Shown: positions 24,274-36,558 of the stretch, piece by piece
Layout of the letters: each line of letters starts with the position of its first letter
Position numbering within the stretch: position 1 is the stretch's first letter
Source of the DNA: Salpingoeca rosetta
Taxonomy: Eukaryota > Protista > Choanoflagellata
Length of the DNA stretch: 40,598 nt
Assembly: GCA_033442325.1 (NCBI GenBank)
Contig: JAWQFM010000036.1
Location: forward strand, 20,575-61,172
Direction: 5' to 3'
Notes under the pieces: generated by a model
Told to the model about the DNA's origin: nothing
Databases searched by the model: none
What the model saw: the letters and a program-made list of their open reading frames with translations, nothing else
Program-made: the position numbers and the translations under genes

Positions 24274-24572
24274 CGCAGCAGACTCCTCGTCCACTGTTTC
24301 CAACCCGGGATCGGTGTCACCGCCGTTCATGTGTTGTTGCGTTAAGCTGTCGATGCACGCACGAAGCGCAACGTTCACCGTCTCCAGCTTGTCTGACGCG
24401 ATGGATCTCGCCTTGCCGGATGCACTGGCGTCTTGCATCAGCTTCTCCACGCAAGACGCAAGATGCTTCTGCAGCTCGCCGAACTGCGCGTGCATGTCCG
24501 ACACGCTTGCCTTTGACATGGTTGCCCTACAGGAGTGTGCATGTGCGTGCGTGTGTGTGTGTGTATGAGTGC

Positions 24573-24665
<93 letters not shown>

Positions 24666-25622
24666 CGTGTGTGTGTGTATGAGTGTGTGCGTGCGTGTGT
24701 GTGAGCAAGGATATTCAACAATTAGCGAGCACGCAGTCAAGCCACTGCAGCAACCCGCTCCTTTCGCCCACCACGACAACCATCAACGAGCAACACACCT
24801 GCGTTGGATGCTGTGCATTTGTATTTTGTAGATCCGGAACGCTTTCCTGGTCAGTGGCAGTGATCCTGTCCAAAAGACAATCGAAGTGGAGGAAGAGGCG
24901 CGTGTGTGTGCACGTGCGTGTATTTGCGTGAGTGAGTATTTGAGTGTGCATGTATTTGTGAGAGTTTTGTTTGTTTGTGTGTTCATGTGAGTGTGTGCGT
25001 GTTCTTCTTCTCTCGAATGTCTCATGAAATGCGTTGACAGGGTCAACACCATTCCAAGCCCCTCCTCCTCCTCCTCCTCCTCCTCCTACCACCACCGTAC
25101 CCTGTGCGAGCCTGGCCTGGTCGTCGATGAGAATGCTCTGCTCAATCTCGGGCCAGATGCGCGGCACCTGCGCCAGACTCCGCAGGTACTCTCCGTCCTT
25201 CGCATCCTCCACAAACGGCTGCACGTCCATCGTGGCCATATGGAAGGTGGTGGAAGGTGGTGGAAGGTGGTGGAAGGTGAATTGGCGTGCAGAGCGACAG
25301 CAAAACAGGCGACATGCGTAGCGGCGTCCTTGTACACACACCCCCCCCACCACACACACACACACACACACACGCACGCACACACACACACAACACAGCA
25401 CACACACACACACACACATGCACAACACAAGACAACACGGCACAGCGCACGTTTGGGAGCGGGAGGCGGAGGCGGTACGAGATGGAGCAGACGGGGAGAA
25501 TCTGCTGCGATTCGTACACAGCAACCTGAGGTGCGTGATTATGATTGTGATTGTGTTTGTTCGTGGGTGTTCGTGGGCGGGTGATGTTCGCACGTGATCA
25601 TGTTTGTTCGTGGTTGATGTTC

Positions 25623-25668
<46 letters not shown>

Positions 25669-26967
25669 GTGTGTGTGTGTGTATTTGGGTGTGAGAAGTC
25701 GTGCCATGGCTCAAGTTTGAACATGCAGGTGACTCAGCACAACACACAACCACAACCACAAACACACTCGAAAGCAACCCGTAACCCCCATCCACCCCCA
25801 AAGCACCACCCCCCTGCTTGCCCCCCCCCCACTCCGCTTATCGCGGGTGTGTACCTGCTTTAGCTTTGGCCCTGCTGCGCTGTGGCAGCCGACGGGTGGG
25901 GAGGTGTTCTGTGGATGTGCGAGGTCGATGTTTGGCATCATGATGGGGTCCTGACGCGTCACTTGATCGTCCAGATACAGCGACTCACGCACCCCAGTCT
26001 GGTTCATAGTGATGGCGGTGACGGACGGTTAGGTGGTGGTGGTGGTGGTGGGATGGTGAGTGATGGTGGGAATGATGCTGCTGCTGCTGCTGCTCGTGCA
26101 ATCGCACAGCGGTGGTTTGTGATGTTCACACACACACACACATGCACACACACACCTGGCCAAGCATGACGAGGACAGCAACGACGCGGCGCGTGCCGCT
26201 GGCGTCGGGCGGTGTGTAGTGCGACACAATCTTTCCATCAGGGAAGCAGTAGTACGCATCGCCAAGTGGGGAGGGCAGGCCACTGAACGCGCTCGTCTGG
26301 GGTCCCGCCTCAAGCAAGTGGTCGAGGTCGTGGCAGGGGTGGAACAGAACACGACACGTTGGCGGATAGCCGTGTGTCCGCTCCCACTTCTGGTACTGTT
26401 TGTTTGGTAATGATGATCATGGTGGTTTGGTGGTGATGTGTGGTGGTGCGTGGTGGCAACGTGTGAGAGGGGTGACAGAATGATAAGGACACAGTAATAA
26501 GAAGTAATGTGACACCGCCAGCCACCAGTGTCACACACGCGCGCAAAACGTACGCGTACACACACGCACACACACACACACTCTCTCTCTCACACACACT
26601 CACACACATACACACGCACACACACACACAAACACACACACAGTAGGCGCACGCACATCAGTCAATCATACCTTGGCCACGAAATCCCTAACGGCAGCCT
26701 CACGCATGCACAGGGTAGCCGTGAGGTTGAGGAGGAGATCAGAGCGGAAGCAGGCAGCAAAGCTTGCGGCCACAGCATCCTCCACCATCTCCACAGCATC
26801 GATTTCGCCGCCGGAACAGAGATCCAGCAGCTGGGAAACGCTCTCGGCCTCAGCCGTCGTCGTGTTGCGACGCGAACTCCGCTCCTCTGCAACGTGGTAC
26901 GGTCGTGTCATGGTGAGAAAGTGTGTGTGTGTGTGTGTGTTTGCATGTGTGTGTGTGTGTGTGTTTG

Positions 26968-27056
<89 letters not shown>

Positions 27057-27763
27057 CTGCCGTGAAGAAGTCGAGACGAGAAGAGGCTTCGAGATCCCCT
27101 CGCCTGTGGCGTCGTTTACCACCCCCCCACACACACACATATGCAGCACCCCATGCTTTCCATCCCTTTGCCTCCAGCAACAACAATGCACCTGGCTTGT
27201 CTGCGTCGATGGTGACTGGGTTGACACCGCCAGTCTGCTGTGCGAGTGCAGTCCACTGCTCCCTGATGGCACCGAGCACGCGCTGCCCGTCCTGCGCCGT
27301 CGAGAAGAACATGAAGAACGTGCGGTGCGGCACAACCTGCGGGCGGTGGGCACGTGTTTGGAACAGAGTTGCGAGGTTGTTGTGATAGTGATACACGTTG
27401 AGTGGTGAGATGTGAGCTGTGGGAGTCATGTGGTCATGCATGTTGAAGTGTGAGCTGTTGTGAGCTGTTTCGTCATCGTGCGTGTGTGTTGGACTCACGA
27501 TGGCCATGGGGTAGTTGCTCTTGCTGAGTTGGGGCCAGTTGGGCGCCGTGTTGGGCCACTTGCGGCTCTTGTTCAGGCACTTTCTTCTGCCGGCAACAAC
27601 TTGCACTGTGGATTGGGAGGGGGGAGGTGATAAGGCGTGGGTTTGGGAATGCACGAGCACCCAGTGGTTTGGATGCATATGCACGTGCAGCTTATGGGGG
27701 GGGGGGTGTTGAACACATGCACGCAGCGTGAAACGCACACACACACACACACAGCACATCATA

Positions 27764-27827
<64 letters not shown>

Positions 27828-28118
27828 CACATCATATCACACACACAACATCATTTCATACACACACAGCATCACACACTCACGGAGGGAGCTGAGTTGG
27901 ATGACGCCCTTGGGCGGATACGAGTCCTCGTCCTCATGATAGGCGATGATGTCGCGGTTAACAACGAGCCAGCGCCGCTTCCAGAGCTTGAGCATGCCGC
28001 CTTGCTTCCACATGTATGCGCTCACGGGCGCAGCGCTTGAGCCGGCGCCATTGCTTGTGGCTGACAGAGGCGCAGCGGTGGAGGACGACGACTTGCGAGG
28101 CGACTTGAACCGTGACAT
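24271..28118 (-). CDS. PH-domain protein fused to a divergent PARP/ADP-ribosyltransferase-like domain and a C-terminal helical region (~533 aa, 10 exons)
   Basis: Exons: 28118-27884, 27605-27499, 27336-27192, 26886-26672, 26395-26156, 25998-25855, 25525-25451, 25218-25101, 24865-24799, 24526-24271. All are GT-AG with consistent phases, totalling 1602 nt. PH: SAYMWKQGGMLKLWKRRWLVV..IIAYHEDE..PKGVIQL...HRTFFMF. PARP-like motifs in order: RVLFHPC, LGDAYYCFPDGKIVSHY, RRVVAVLVMLG, PPVGCHSAAG, QVAVYESQQILPVCSISY. Confidence 0.8.
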
Positions 28119-28438
28119 GATGATACTTCGTGCACTTGTGTGTGTGTTGCGCGTACTGCGTGTTGTGTGCTCTGTACTGTGGTGGCCTGAAAGAGAGGGA
28201 GAAGGAACGCCACGCACTCTACACAGTAAGCGTTCGCTTCAACTCAGTCTCACTTGAGATGAGGAACCAGTCCCAGGACACTGAGACAGTGGGTGGTGGC
28301 TGCTGGTTGAGATGCTGCTTGTGTTGTTTGTCTTTCGTTGCCGTCGTCTCCGCTCCAGCTGGATTTGTGCTGACTCAGCAACAACGCTTGCAATTCAAAC
28401 ACCATAAAGTGTAGTGAACACGAGCCCACGCACCGACA

Positions 28439-28484
<46 letters not shown>

Positions 28485-28510
28485 ATCAACCACGAACACA
28501 CACAACCACC
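28119..28510. promoter_or_regulatory. Short head-to-head intergenic region (probable bidirectional promoter) between the PH-PARP-like gene and AAMP
   Basis: Divergent ATGs at 28118 (-) and 28511 (+) are about 390 bp apart. Confidence 0.5.
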
Positions 28511-28519
28511 ATGGATGAC

Positions 28520-28581
<62 letters not shown>

Positions 28582-28912
28582 TCAGCGGGACGATGAATTG
28601 GCAGAAGTCGGCGCTGATGACGCGCTCGAAGTGATTGAGGTGGATAACACTGGCATGGACATGGAGGATGACGATGATGATGACGATGGTGATGATGGTG
28701 CTGACATGATGGACGGCGACGATGATGGTGATGCGAGTGAACAAGCACAGCAGCAGCAGCAGCAAGCAGAAGGAGACAAGGGCGAGGAGAGGCACGCCAA
28801 CCCATCTGCCATCTTTGAGAACCACACAAGTGAGCTTTGGGAGATGCGTGTGTTGTGTGTGCATGAGAGAGTGTGTGTGTAAGTGCGTGTGTGTGTGTGG
28901 ATATGTGCGTGG

Positions 28913-28950
<38 letters not shown>

Positions 28951-31461
28951 ATTTGTACATTAGTGTGTATGTGTGTAAGTGTGTGCACTTGCGCATGAGT
29001 GTGTCTTTGGGGAGGGGGCATATGCACTTTGTTTTCTCTGTGCTCCTTAATACATGTCTCTTCACACGTGTGCGCGTGCCGAGTTACTCCAACCAGCTTG
29101 CATCAGCTCACAATTCAGCTCACCACTCACCGTGCCATTACCGCCTGCCCCATCCAACTTGATTTCCTTGTCTCGCGCAGGCGCGGTCTTTGACGTGGCC
29201 GTTTCCCCCGATAACACAATTGCGCTCTCTGGGTCGCAGGATGACACAGCGGTACTCTTCAACCTCAAGGACGGAAACATCATCCACACATTCGACAGTG
29301 CGTTTTTGCCACCTATGTCACGCATGAGCTGCACGGCGTCCCCCTTGCGTTCATGATGAATTGACTGTCTGTAAAGGCGTCACAGCCTGCAACAACAGCT
29401 ACAGCTTGCGACAACCTGCGACAGCCTTCAGCAGCATGAAACAGCCCACTGCAACCCACCTGCAGATTGCCACCGCGCCAAGAACAAGAGCCACCATCAC
29501 TCATCCTCCTCCTCCTCCTCCTCCCCTTCTGTCTGCTGCCTCTTCTTGCCGCGTGTATGTGCATGTGTGCGTGCGTGTGTGCATGTGCACGTGTATTTTT
29601 TTTTTGTGTGTGTGCGTGTGTATTCTGCAGACCATCACGACAGCATCATTGCCACGGCATTTTCACGCGACGGCGCCTTCTTCGCCCTCGGATGCATGGA
29701 CGGCAGTGTCAGGTGAGCCCATGGCACTCCAACCACCAACTACCACCACCACGAGCACAGAATTGCATTGCCTGCGCTGTGGCAACGCCACGTTGATGAC
29801 CCGTCTCCAGCTCGCGTGCGTGCATGCGTGCATGTATGCGTGTCAGTCATCAACAGTGCCTGGTACAGTCCTCTCACGTCCGTTATTCCCCGTTCCTCCA
29901 CCACTCTACACCATGATCCCCATCACCACATATCACCGCCGTCAGCGTGTGGTCCAACAAGTGCGAGAAGCTGCTGGATCTTGATCTCGGCGATGATCTC
30001 ACGGTAAAGCGAGAATGCGTCTATGCATGCGCCCGCTATGCTGTACTTTCTGTTTGATTGGTTGTGTGTGTGTGTGCATGCTATGGTGTCTCGCATGTCT
30101 TGTGTTCCTGTCCAATTCGTGTTGCTGCTTGCTCACCAATAGCGCCTTGTTCGCACTGCTCGTCCCCCTCTCCCTCTCCCTCGCTCCCCTCACACACCCT
30201 CTCACATACACACACACTCTCTCTTTCTCTTGTTCGCGTCCTTGCTTCTTCTTTCTCTGCAGTGGATGCGCTTCCACCCGGTTGCGTCATTTTTGCTTGC
30301 AGGCTCCGCCTCCGGGGGCGTGGTCATGTGGGCGGTGCCCAGCGGCACCATGTTCAACTTCTTTGGCCACGGCGTGAGTGGCAGCATGTGTGTGTGTCTG
30401 TGTCTGTGTCTGTGTGTGTGTCTGTGTCTGTGTCTGTGTCTGTGTGCGTGTGCATGTGTGTGTGTGTGTGCACGTGCATGCGCTTGCTTGCATGAATGGT
30501 TGCTTGCGCACGCGTGCTCGTTTCTGTCATCAACTTCACTCCCTTCATTCCTGTCCGCCTCTTTGTGTATGTTCTCATCTCTACACTCCATCACCGCCTC
30601 CATCACCGCCTCCATCACCGCCGTCTGTCAGGATGTTGTGTCGTGCGGCGCGTGGTTCCCGAACGGCCGCGCGTTTGTGTCCGCCGGTGACGACGGCCAA
30701 CTGCTCGCATGGAGCCCGAAGACACGCGAGGTCACGTGCAGAATCGACGGTCCGTTCGCCCTCTCTTGTCTTGTCTTGTGTTGTCTTGTCTTGTCTTGTC
30801 TTGTCTTGTGTCATGTTGTCTTGTCTTGTCTTGTCTTGTCTTGTCTTGTCTTGTGTCGTGCTGTCTTGTCTTGCCTTGTGTCGTGTTGTCTTGTCTTGCC
30901 TTGTGTCGTGTTGTCTTGTCTTGTGTCGTGCTGTTTTGTGTATCGATGCAATCCATTGTGATTGGCCGTTGCGCCACGTGCCCTTGACATCACGACCTAC
31001 GCCTCAGCCCACACCGCTACCCTCTACTCACACCCCATCCCACACCACAACACCACCGCCACCGCCCTTCCTCCTCCCACCTCAACCCACATCCCCATGT
31101 CCATCTCCATGTCCAACCCCGCCGCCTGCACAGCCAAGACGCATCAGTTTCACCAAACCCCCGTCACCGCGGCCGCGTGCCATCCAGACAACATCCTCGT
31201 TGCCACCGGTGGGCCCGATGCCAAGGTCTGCCTCACCAGCACCAAGACGGGCAAGGTCGTGTCCGTGTTTGAGGACCACGGGGACGCGATTGAGGCTGTT
31301 GCCTTCTCCTCGTCGTCGCCGACGCTGCTTGCCAGCGGATCACTCGACGGCACCATCGTCGTGCGCAACCCAGCCACCAAGTTCAAGCTCGCCACACTCA
31401 AGCATGAGGTGTGGTGCTGTCTCTGTGTATGTGTGTGTGAGAGAGTGAGAAAGGTTTTGTA

Positions 31462-31492
<31 letters not shown>

Positions 31493-32109
31493 CTGTGTCT
31501 GTGTCTGTTTTTGTATGTGTTTGTGCGTGTGTGTGTTTGTGAATGTGTGTGAATGTGTGTGTGAATGTGTCTGTGTCTGTTTTGATGTGTGTGCGTCTGC
31601 CTGGGTTTGTTAACCCCCCCCCCCTCCTTGCGAAGCCTTCTCTCTTCACTTCACCCACTAACATCGCTCATCGTCTCCTCTCAACCTTTTAACTCCCCCC
31701 CCCCCCAATCTTACTCCTCAGGCGGCAATTGTGCAGTTGACATTCCACCCAACGCTGCCGCTGCTGTACTCGTGCAGTGCAGATGGCACGGTGCGCGTGT
31801 GGGATGCGCGCAACGGAGCAAGCATCCACACCTGCTATGGCCACACGGACGCTGTTCTCGGCTTTGCCATCTTCGAGTGAGTACCAGTTGTTGTTGTTTA
31901 AGTTGTTGTTGTTTCGTGGTGGTTGTTTCGTGGTTGCTGCTGCTGCTGCTGCAGTCATCTCGCCTTTGTTGTTGTTGTTGTTGTTGTTTCGTGGTTGCTG
32001 CTGCTGTTGTTTCGTGGTTGCTGCTGCTGTTGTTGTTGTGAACGGCCGATGTGTGCTGCCGTTGTGCGCGACTTGCTCCTCCGCATCTTACTCACACATC
32101 CCCCTCTGC

Positions 32110-32205
<96 letters not shown>

Positions 32206-32330
32206 TCCTTCTCTCCTCTCCCCCCAAACCAATCACTACGGCCGCAATCAGTGAGGGCCGCAAGGTGCTGACTGGCGGCGACGACAACAAAGTCATGCTC
32301 TTTGACATCCAGAACCTGCCGACATCGTGA
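28511..32330 (+). CDS. AAMP: Angio-associated migratory cell protein / Sqt1-like WD40 repeat protein (Rpl10/uL16 chaperone family), ~437 aa, 9 exons
   Basis: Exons: 28511-28829, 29181-29297, 29631-29712, 29946-30003, 30263-30373, 30632-30749, 31134-31408, 31722-31876, 32252-32330 (1314 nt, open). An acidic N-terminus is followed by WD40 repeats typical of AAMP/SQT1: FENHTSAVF..SGSQDD, HHDSIIATAFSRDG..GCMDGSV, DLTWMRFHP..LLAGS..MWAVPSG, FFGHG..SCGAWFPNG, ASGSLDG, SCSADGTVRVWDARNG..GHTDAVL, VLTGGDDNKVMLF. Confidence 0.9.
28523..28579 (+). repeat. (CAG)19 coding polyglutamine tract at the AAMP N-terminus
   Basis: MDDK is followed by 19 pure CAG codons. Confidence 0.9.
30764..30930 (+). repeat. 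(GTCTT)n/(GTCGT) pentanucleotide microsatellite in an AAMP intron
   Basis: Degenerate tandem ttgtc units. Confidence 0.85.
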
Positions 32331-32331
32331 C

Positions 32332-32332
32332 C

Positions 32333-32400
<68 letters not shown>
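32332..32400 (+). repeat. (CAA)n microsatellite immediately after the AAMP stop codon
   Basis: About 23 tandem caa units. Confidence 0.9.
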
Positions 32401-32402
<2 letters not shown>

Positions 32403-32466
32403 CATGTGCCTGGCACCTTGTTTCCTTTATTGATCCGCTTAAACTCCCTCCCTCCCCTCGAATGAG

Positions 32467-32541
32467 TCAACAGCCCGTATAAAACACCTCATCTGATGCA
32501 GCAAAGGGACAAGACGAAGACAATGGCGAGTGACATAACCA

Positions 32542-32616
<75 letters not shown>

Positions 32617-32839
32617 TTGAACAAGGGAACTGGGTATAATCGATGGACCTCGACGGTCTTGGGAACCTCCGGTGCCCGGGCTACATAAATTGCCTGGACA
32701 CAGAGAGTGAGTAGAACAACTAACCTTATAAAAGATGGGATATTTATAAAGAAGCCCACAACACAAAGTGTGTGCGGAGTAATAGAGTATTACTCCACTT
32801 AGCTCGCTGTGTACTGCCGCCCGGCTTCCGAACGACGAC

Positions 32840-32907
<68 letters not shown>

Positions 32908-34262
32908 AGCAAGGCGGTAAACACGCCACATCCCAGTTCACATGTTCCGACCCGCTCTCTTAGTTCAGCAAGCAGCACCAGCAACGAGCATGAAACAGCG
33001 TCATCCCACAGAACCAACACCTGTCTCAAAGTGATCGCGGTGTGGCACAGCTGTCCACCGTGAATTGTAGCTGTCACACAACCATCAACACACGTCATCG
33101 TGAGGACACATGCAATGCAACTTTGGAAACGCGTGTCTGAACACAACAAGCAGTCCGCAATACACCCTCACACTCTTGCAGACATCTATGCACATGTTGA
33201 TGTCTTCAACACACCATGCACGCGCGTCAAGACTGTTGGGATCGGAGCAGTAAATGGTCAGCCTGTGCATGTGCATGTGTGTGTGTGTATGCGTGTGTAT
33301 GTGTATGTGTGTGTGTATGTTTGTGTGTGTGTGTGTGTGTGGGTGTGTGTGTGTGTGTGTGGAGAAGACAATAACAGCAGCTAAAAATCACATTCAAAAG
33401 CATTCAGCCACACTCACTCACCCGCCCAACGTGAAGAAGGAGCTGTCTGCTGGTGGGTGAATGAAGCACGAAGCAGACACCAAATCGAATCCTTGTGGTG
33501 GCCCACACCTACATCGCGTCAAACCAACAAGCAAGATTCGGTTAACTATCCATGGGCGAGGCATTCCAATCGCTTGCGCACGACAGGCCGCCCCTGGAAT
33601 GCTCATCCACACGCTCACTCATTCACACATCCACACGCACACACACTCTCTCTCATTCGCACACACACTCTCACTCATTTACGCACAGATTCACATCCAC
33701 TCACTCATTCACATCCACACACATCCACTCACTCATTCACATCCACACACATCCACTCATTCACATCCACACATCCACTCATTCGCATACACACACATCC
33801 ACTCATTCGCATACACACACACACACACGTTGACATGGCGAGTGCTTTGAGGTCCAGAGGCAGCGGCGTCTGGAACGGTGCCATTGTCTTCATTGCTGCT
33901 TCGCTCGTTGTCGTTGTGCTGGCCGTCGTACTTGCCATTGCCGTCGTCGTCCTTTGTGTTGAGGAGGAAGAGGACGTTGCCCTGACACCGGAGACGCTAC
34001 CCTCCCCACGTTTTCTGTCTTGCAGTTGGCTGCGTCGTTGTTCGATGACGTGTCGCAGAGCCTCGATACGCCGATTGCGAAAGCCTTGTTCGCTTTGACG
34101 ATCGTCCTGTGCGCTGTCAACGCTGCGGTGCTGAAAGAACTGGGCCTTCTCCCTCTCTGCGCTCGCGGGCCCATCATCCTGCTCGTCTGCACACGCGCTT
34201 GTCGCCAGAAACACCACCACCACCACAATAAGGACCAACAGCACCTTTGATGCCCCCTGCAT
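32467..34262 (-). CDS. Hypothetical secreted protein: signal peptide, charged pro-like region, Thr/Ser-rich linker, Cys-rich C-terminal part
   Basis: Exon 34262-33829 (MQGASKVLLVLIVVVVVFLATSACA-DEQDD...RNRR...DRKR...TTTAMASTTASTTTTS) splices in phase 2 to 33508-33422 (CGPPQGFDLVSASCFIHPP) and then to 33262-~33172 (LTIYCSDPNSLDARAWCVEDINMCIDVCK). Later exons are less certain (ERVGTCELGCGVF; NLCSPG; EVFYTGC-stop at 32467). Confidence 0.6.
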
Positions 34263-34829
34263 CACCAACGTCGTGGAAGCGAAAGCGACAGGAGGAAGGA
34301 CAGAAGGAACTGGGCTGTACGTTTCGGCCGTCCTCAATACACAACACCATAAAGTGCAGTTGACTTGAATTGTTCCCTAATTTCAGGGCCAGATACACAC
34401 CGCCTTCAACCGAACCAGCAGCGGCAAAAGAGCAAAGACGACGAACAAGACGACAACAAACCAGGAAAGCAAACACAAGAACGACTGCGGGCAAAAGGTG
34501 AGCGCGGAGTGCGTGGTTGGCGACAGGGGGCAAAGGGCGGGTACGGAAGCAACGCTATGTTGTGTGCGTGTGTGTACATGCGTGTGTGTGCGTGTGTGTC
34601 ATATGGTGAGTTTTGGATCTGCTGTCTTCACATTCTGTGCTCACCTTTTCCTTCGTGCCCACACTGTCACTTTCTTTGGCGTTATCACGCTGTCGCTGCC
34701 GCCGCCGCACGGGACCATCAACGTAGGGACAAACGAGACCTGAGCACACCAGTTCCAGTGCGAGCACTTGGTCCCCGAGCAAGCACACTGTGTTTTGTTT
34801 GTTTCCATACCCAGCACAGGGCATGAACC

Positions 34830-35819
34830 ATGGCTGGAGCGAGAAAACTTCAAGGTGCGCGCGCATGTGTCTGTCGTCGAGTGTGGCGGCACGGTGGTGT
34901 CCGTTGTGTTTCGCGGTTGCGGTGTCTTGGTTCCTGTTGAGGGCCCTTCTGCCAGCCACCCACACGTCATCACCTTGACCCGTGTGCGACTCGCACTCAT
35001 ACCCACGTATTGCTTGCGCTCTGCTATGTCTTTTGTTTGGCGGCAACAGGAGAAATCGACAAATGCGTAAAAGCTGTGAACGAGCTTAGTGATCAGTTTG
35101 ACTTTACATGGGAGAAGGTACGTGTCTGTGTGTGTGTGTGTGTCTCAATGCGTGTGCGTGTGTGTGTGTGTGTCTGTGTGTCTATGTGTGTCTGTGTGTC
35201 TATGTGTGTCTGTCTGTCTGTGGTGACCGCTGAGCAGGCTGTTGTGGAAGTGCTCTGTACCTGTGCGCGTGTGTGCATGTGTGTGTGTGTGTGTGTGCGG
35301 GCCCGTGGCGTGTGCAGTGATGTTCGTGGTTATTGACTTCCCTCCTCCCTTGCTGTCAGGCCGAAAATGCGACCAACTCGAACCAGAAGGACAAGTTTGA
35401 GGCTGAGCTGAAGAAGCTCATCAAGAAGCTTCAGGTCAGGCCTTTTGTTTTGGGGGGGGGGCAGTGTCGACTCGTGTGTGTCTGTGTATATGTGTGCGTG
35501 TGTGCGTGTGTATCTGTGCGTGCGTGCGTATCTATGCGTGCGTGCGTATCTGCGTGTGTGTGCGTATCTATGCGTGCATGTGTCTGCCTTTTGCCTACCT
35601 TCTGCCTGTCTGTTTCGACTGTCTGTCCGTCTTGACTTCAGACGGCATCACCTCGCCTTGCTCACACGCCACACCGTGCTCGCTGCCTTTGCTCTTGCAG
35701 AAATTCCGGGACCAGATCAAGACATGGCTGACGAGCTCCGACGCAAAGACGCAGGAGAAGATGCTCAAGGAGTACAGGCGAAAAATCGAAGTGGTGAGCG
35801 TGTGTATATGTGTTTGTGT

Positions 35820-35852
<33 letters not shown>

Positions 35853-36138
35853 TGTGTTTGTTTGTTTGTTTGTATGTGTATGTGTATGTGTGCGTGCGTG
35901 CGTGTGGCTGTTTGTTTGTATGTGTGTGTACGTGTTTGTGTTTGTATGTGTGTGTGTGTGTGCGTGTATGTGTGTTTGGAGGAGATGCACACCAAACGCC
36001 ACGAGCTCACGCGGTCACACGCGCGCGCGCGCGCGTGTGTGTTTGTGTGAACAGCGAATGGAGCGGTATCGGGACTTGGAACGCGATGCAAAAACAAAGG
36101 CCTACTCTAAAGAAGGTCCGCCTGCACACCAGATCACG

Positions 36139-36178
<40 letters not shown>

Positions 36179-36510
36179 CGCTTTGAAAAGCGTGTGCTCC
36201 CTGACGACCATATCGCGACGGAGACAGCCTACCACCGCTCGAATCATCCATCTCACCAACTCACCACCACCACCACCACAACCTCCCCTCCCCCCCCCCC
36301 CTGCATCTGCTGCGTTGTGCCCAGGGCTTGACCGGCAGGCGCGGCTTGACCCCGAGGAGCAGGAGAAGAAGGACATGCAGGACTGGATCAACAAGACGAT
36401 GGACGAGCTGCGGGTGCGCATCGACCTCCTCGAGGCCTCGCTCGTCGCAAAGGGAAAGCGCAAGAAGGCCTCCCTCTCCGTACGTACACACACACACACA
36501 CACACACACA

Positions 36511-36558
<48 letters not shown>

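Noticed and set aside
23434-24345. 303-aa plus-strand ORF between ROCO and the PH-PARP-like gene
   Set aside because: It has no recognisable domain, includes poly-N and poly-S from microsatellites, and overlaps the neighbour's 3' end antisense. It is probably 3'UTR or intergenic DNA.
33610-33828. Composite cacatccactcattc minisatellite encoding a His-rich ORF
   Set aside because: It lies in intron 1 of the minus-strand secreted-protein gene and is a simple repeat derivative.
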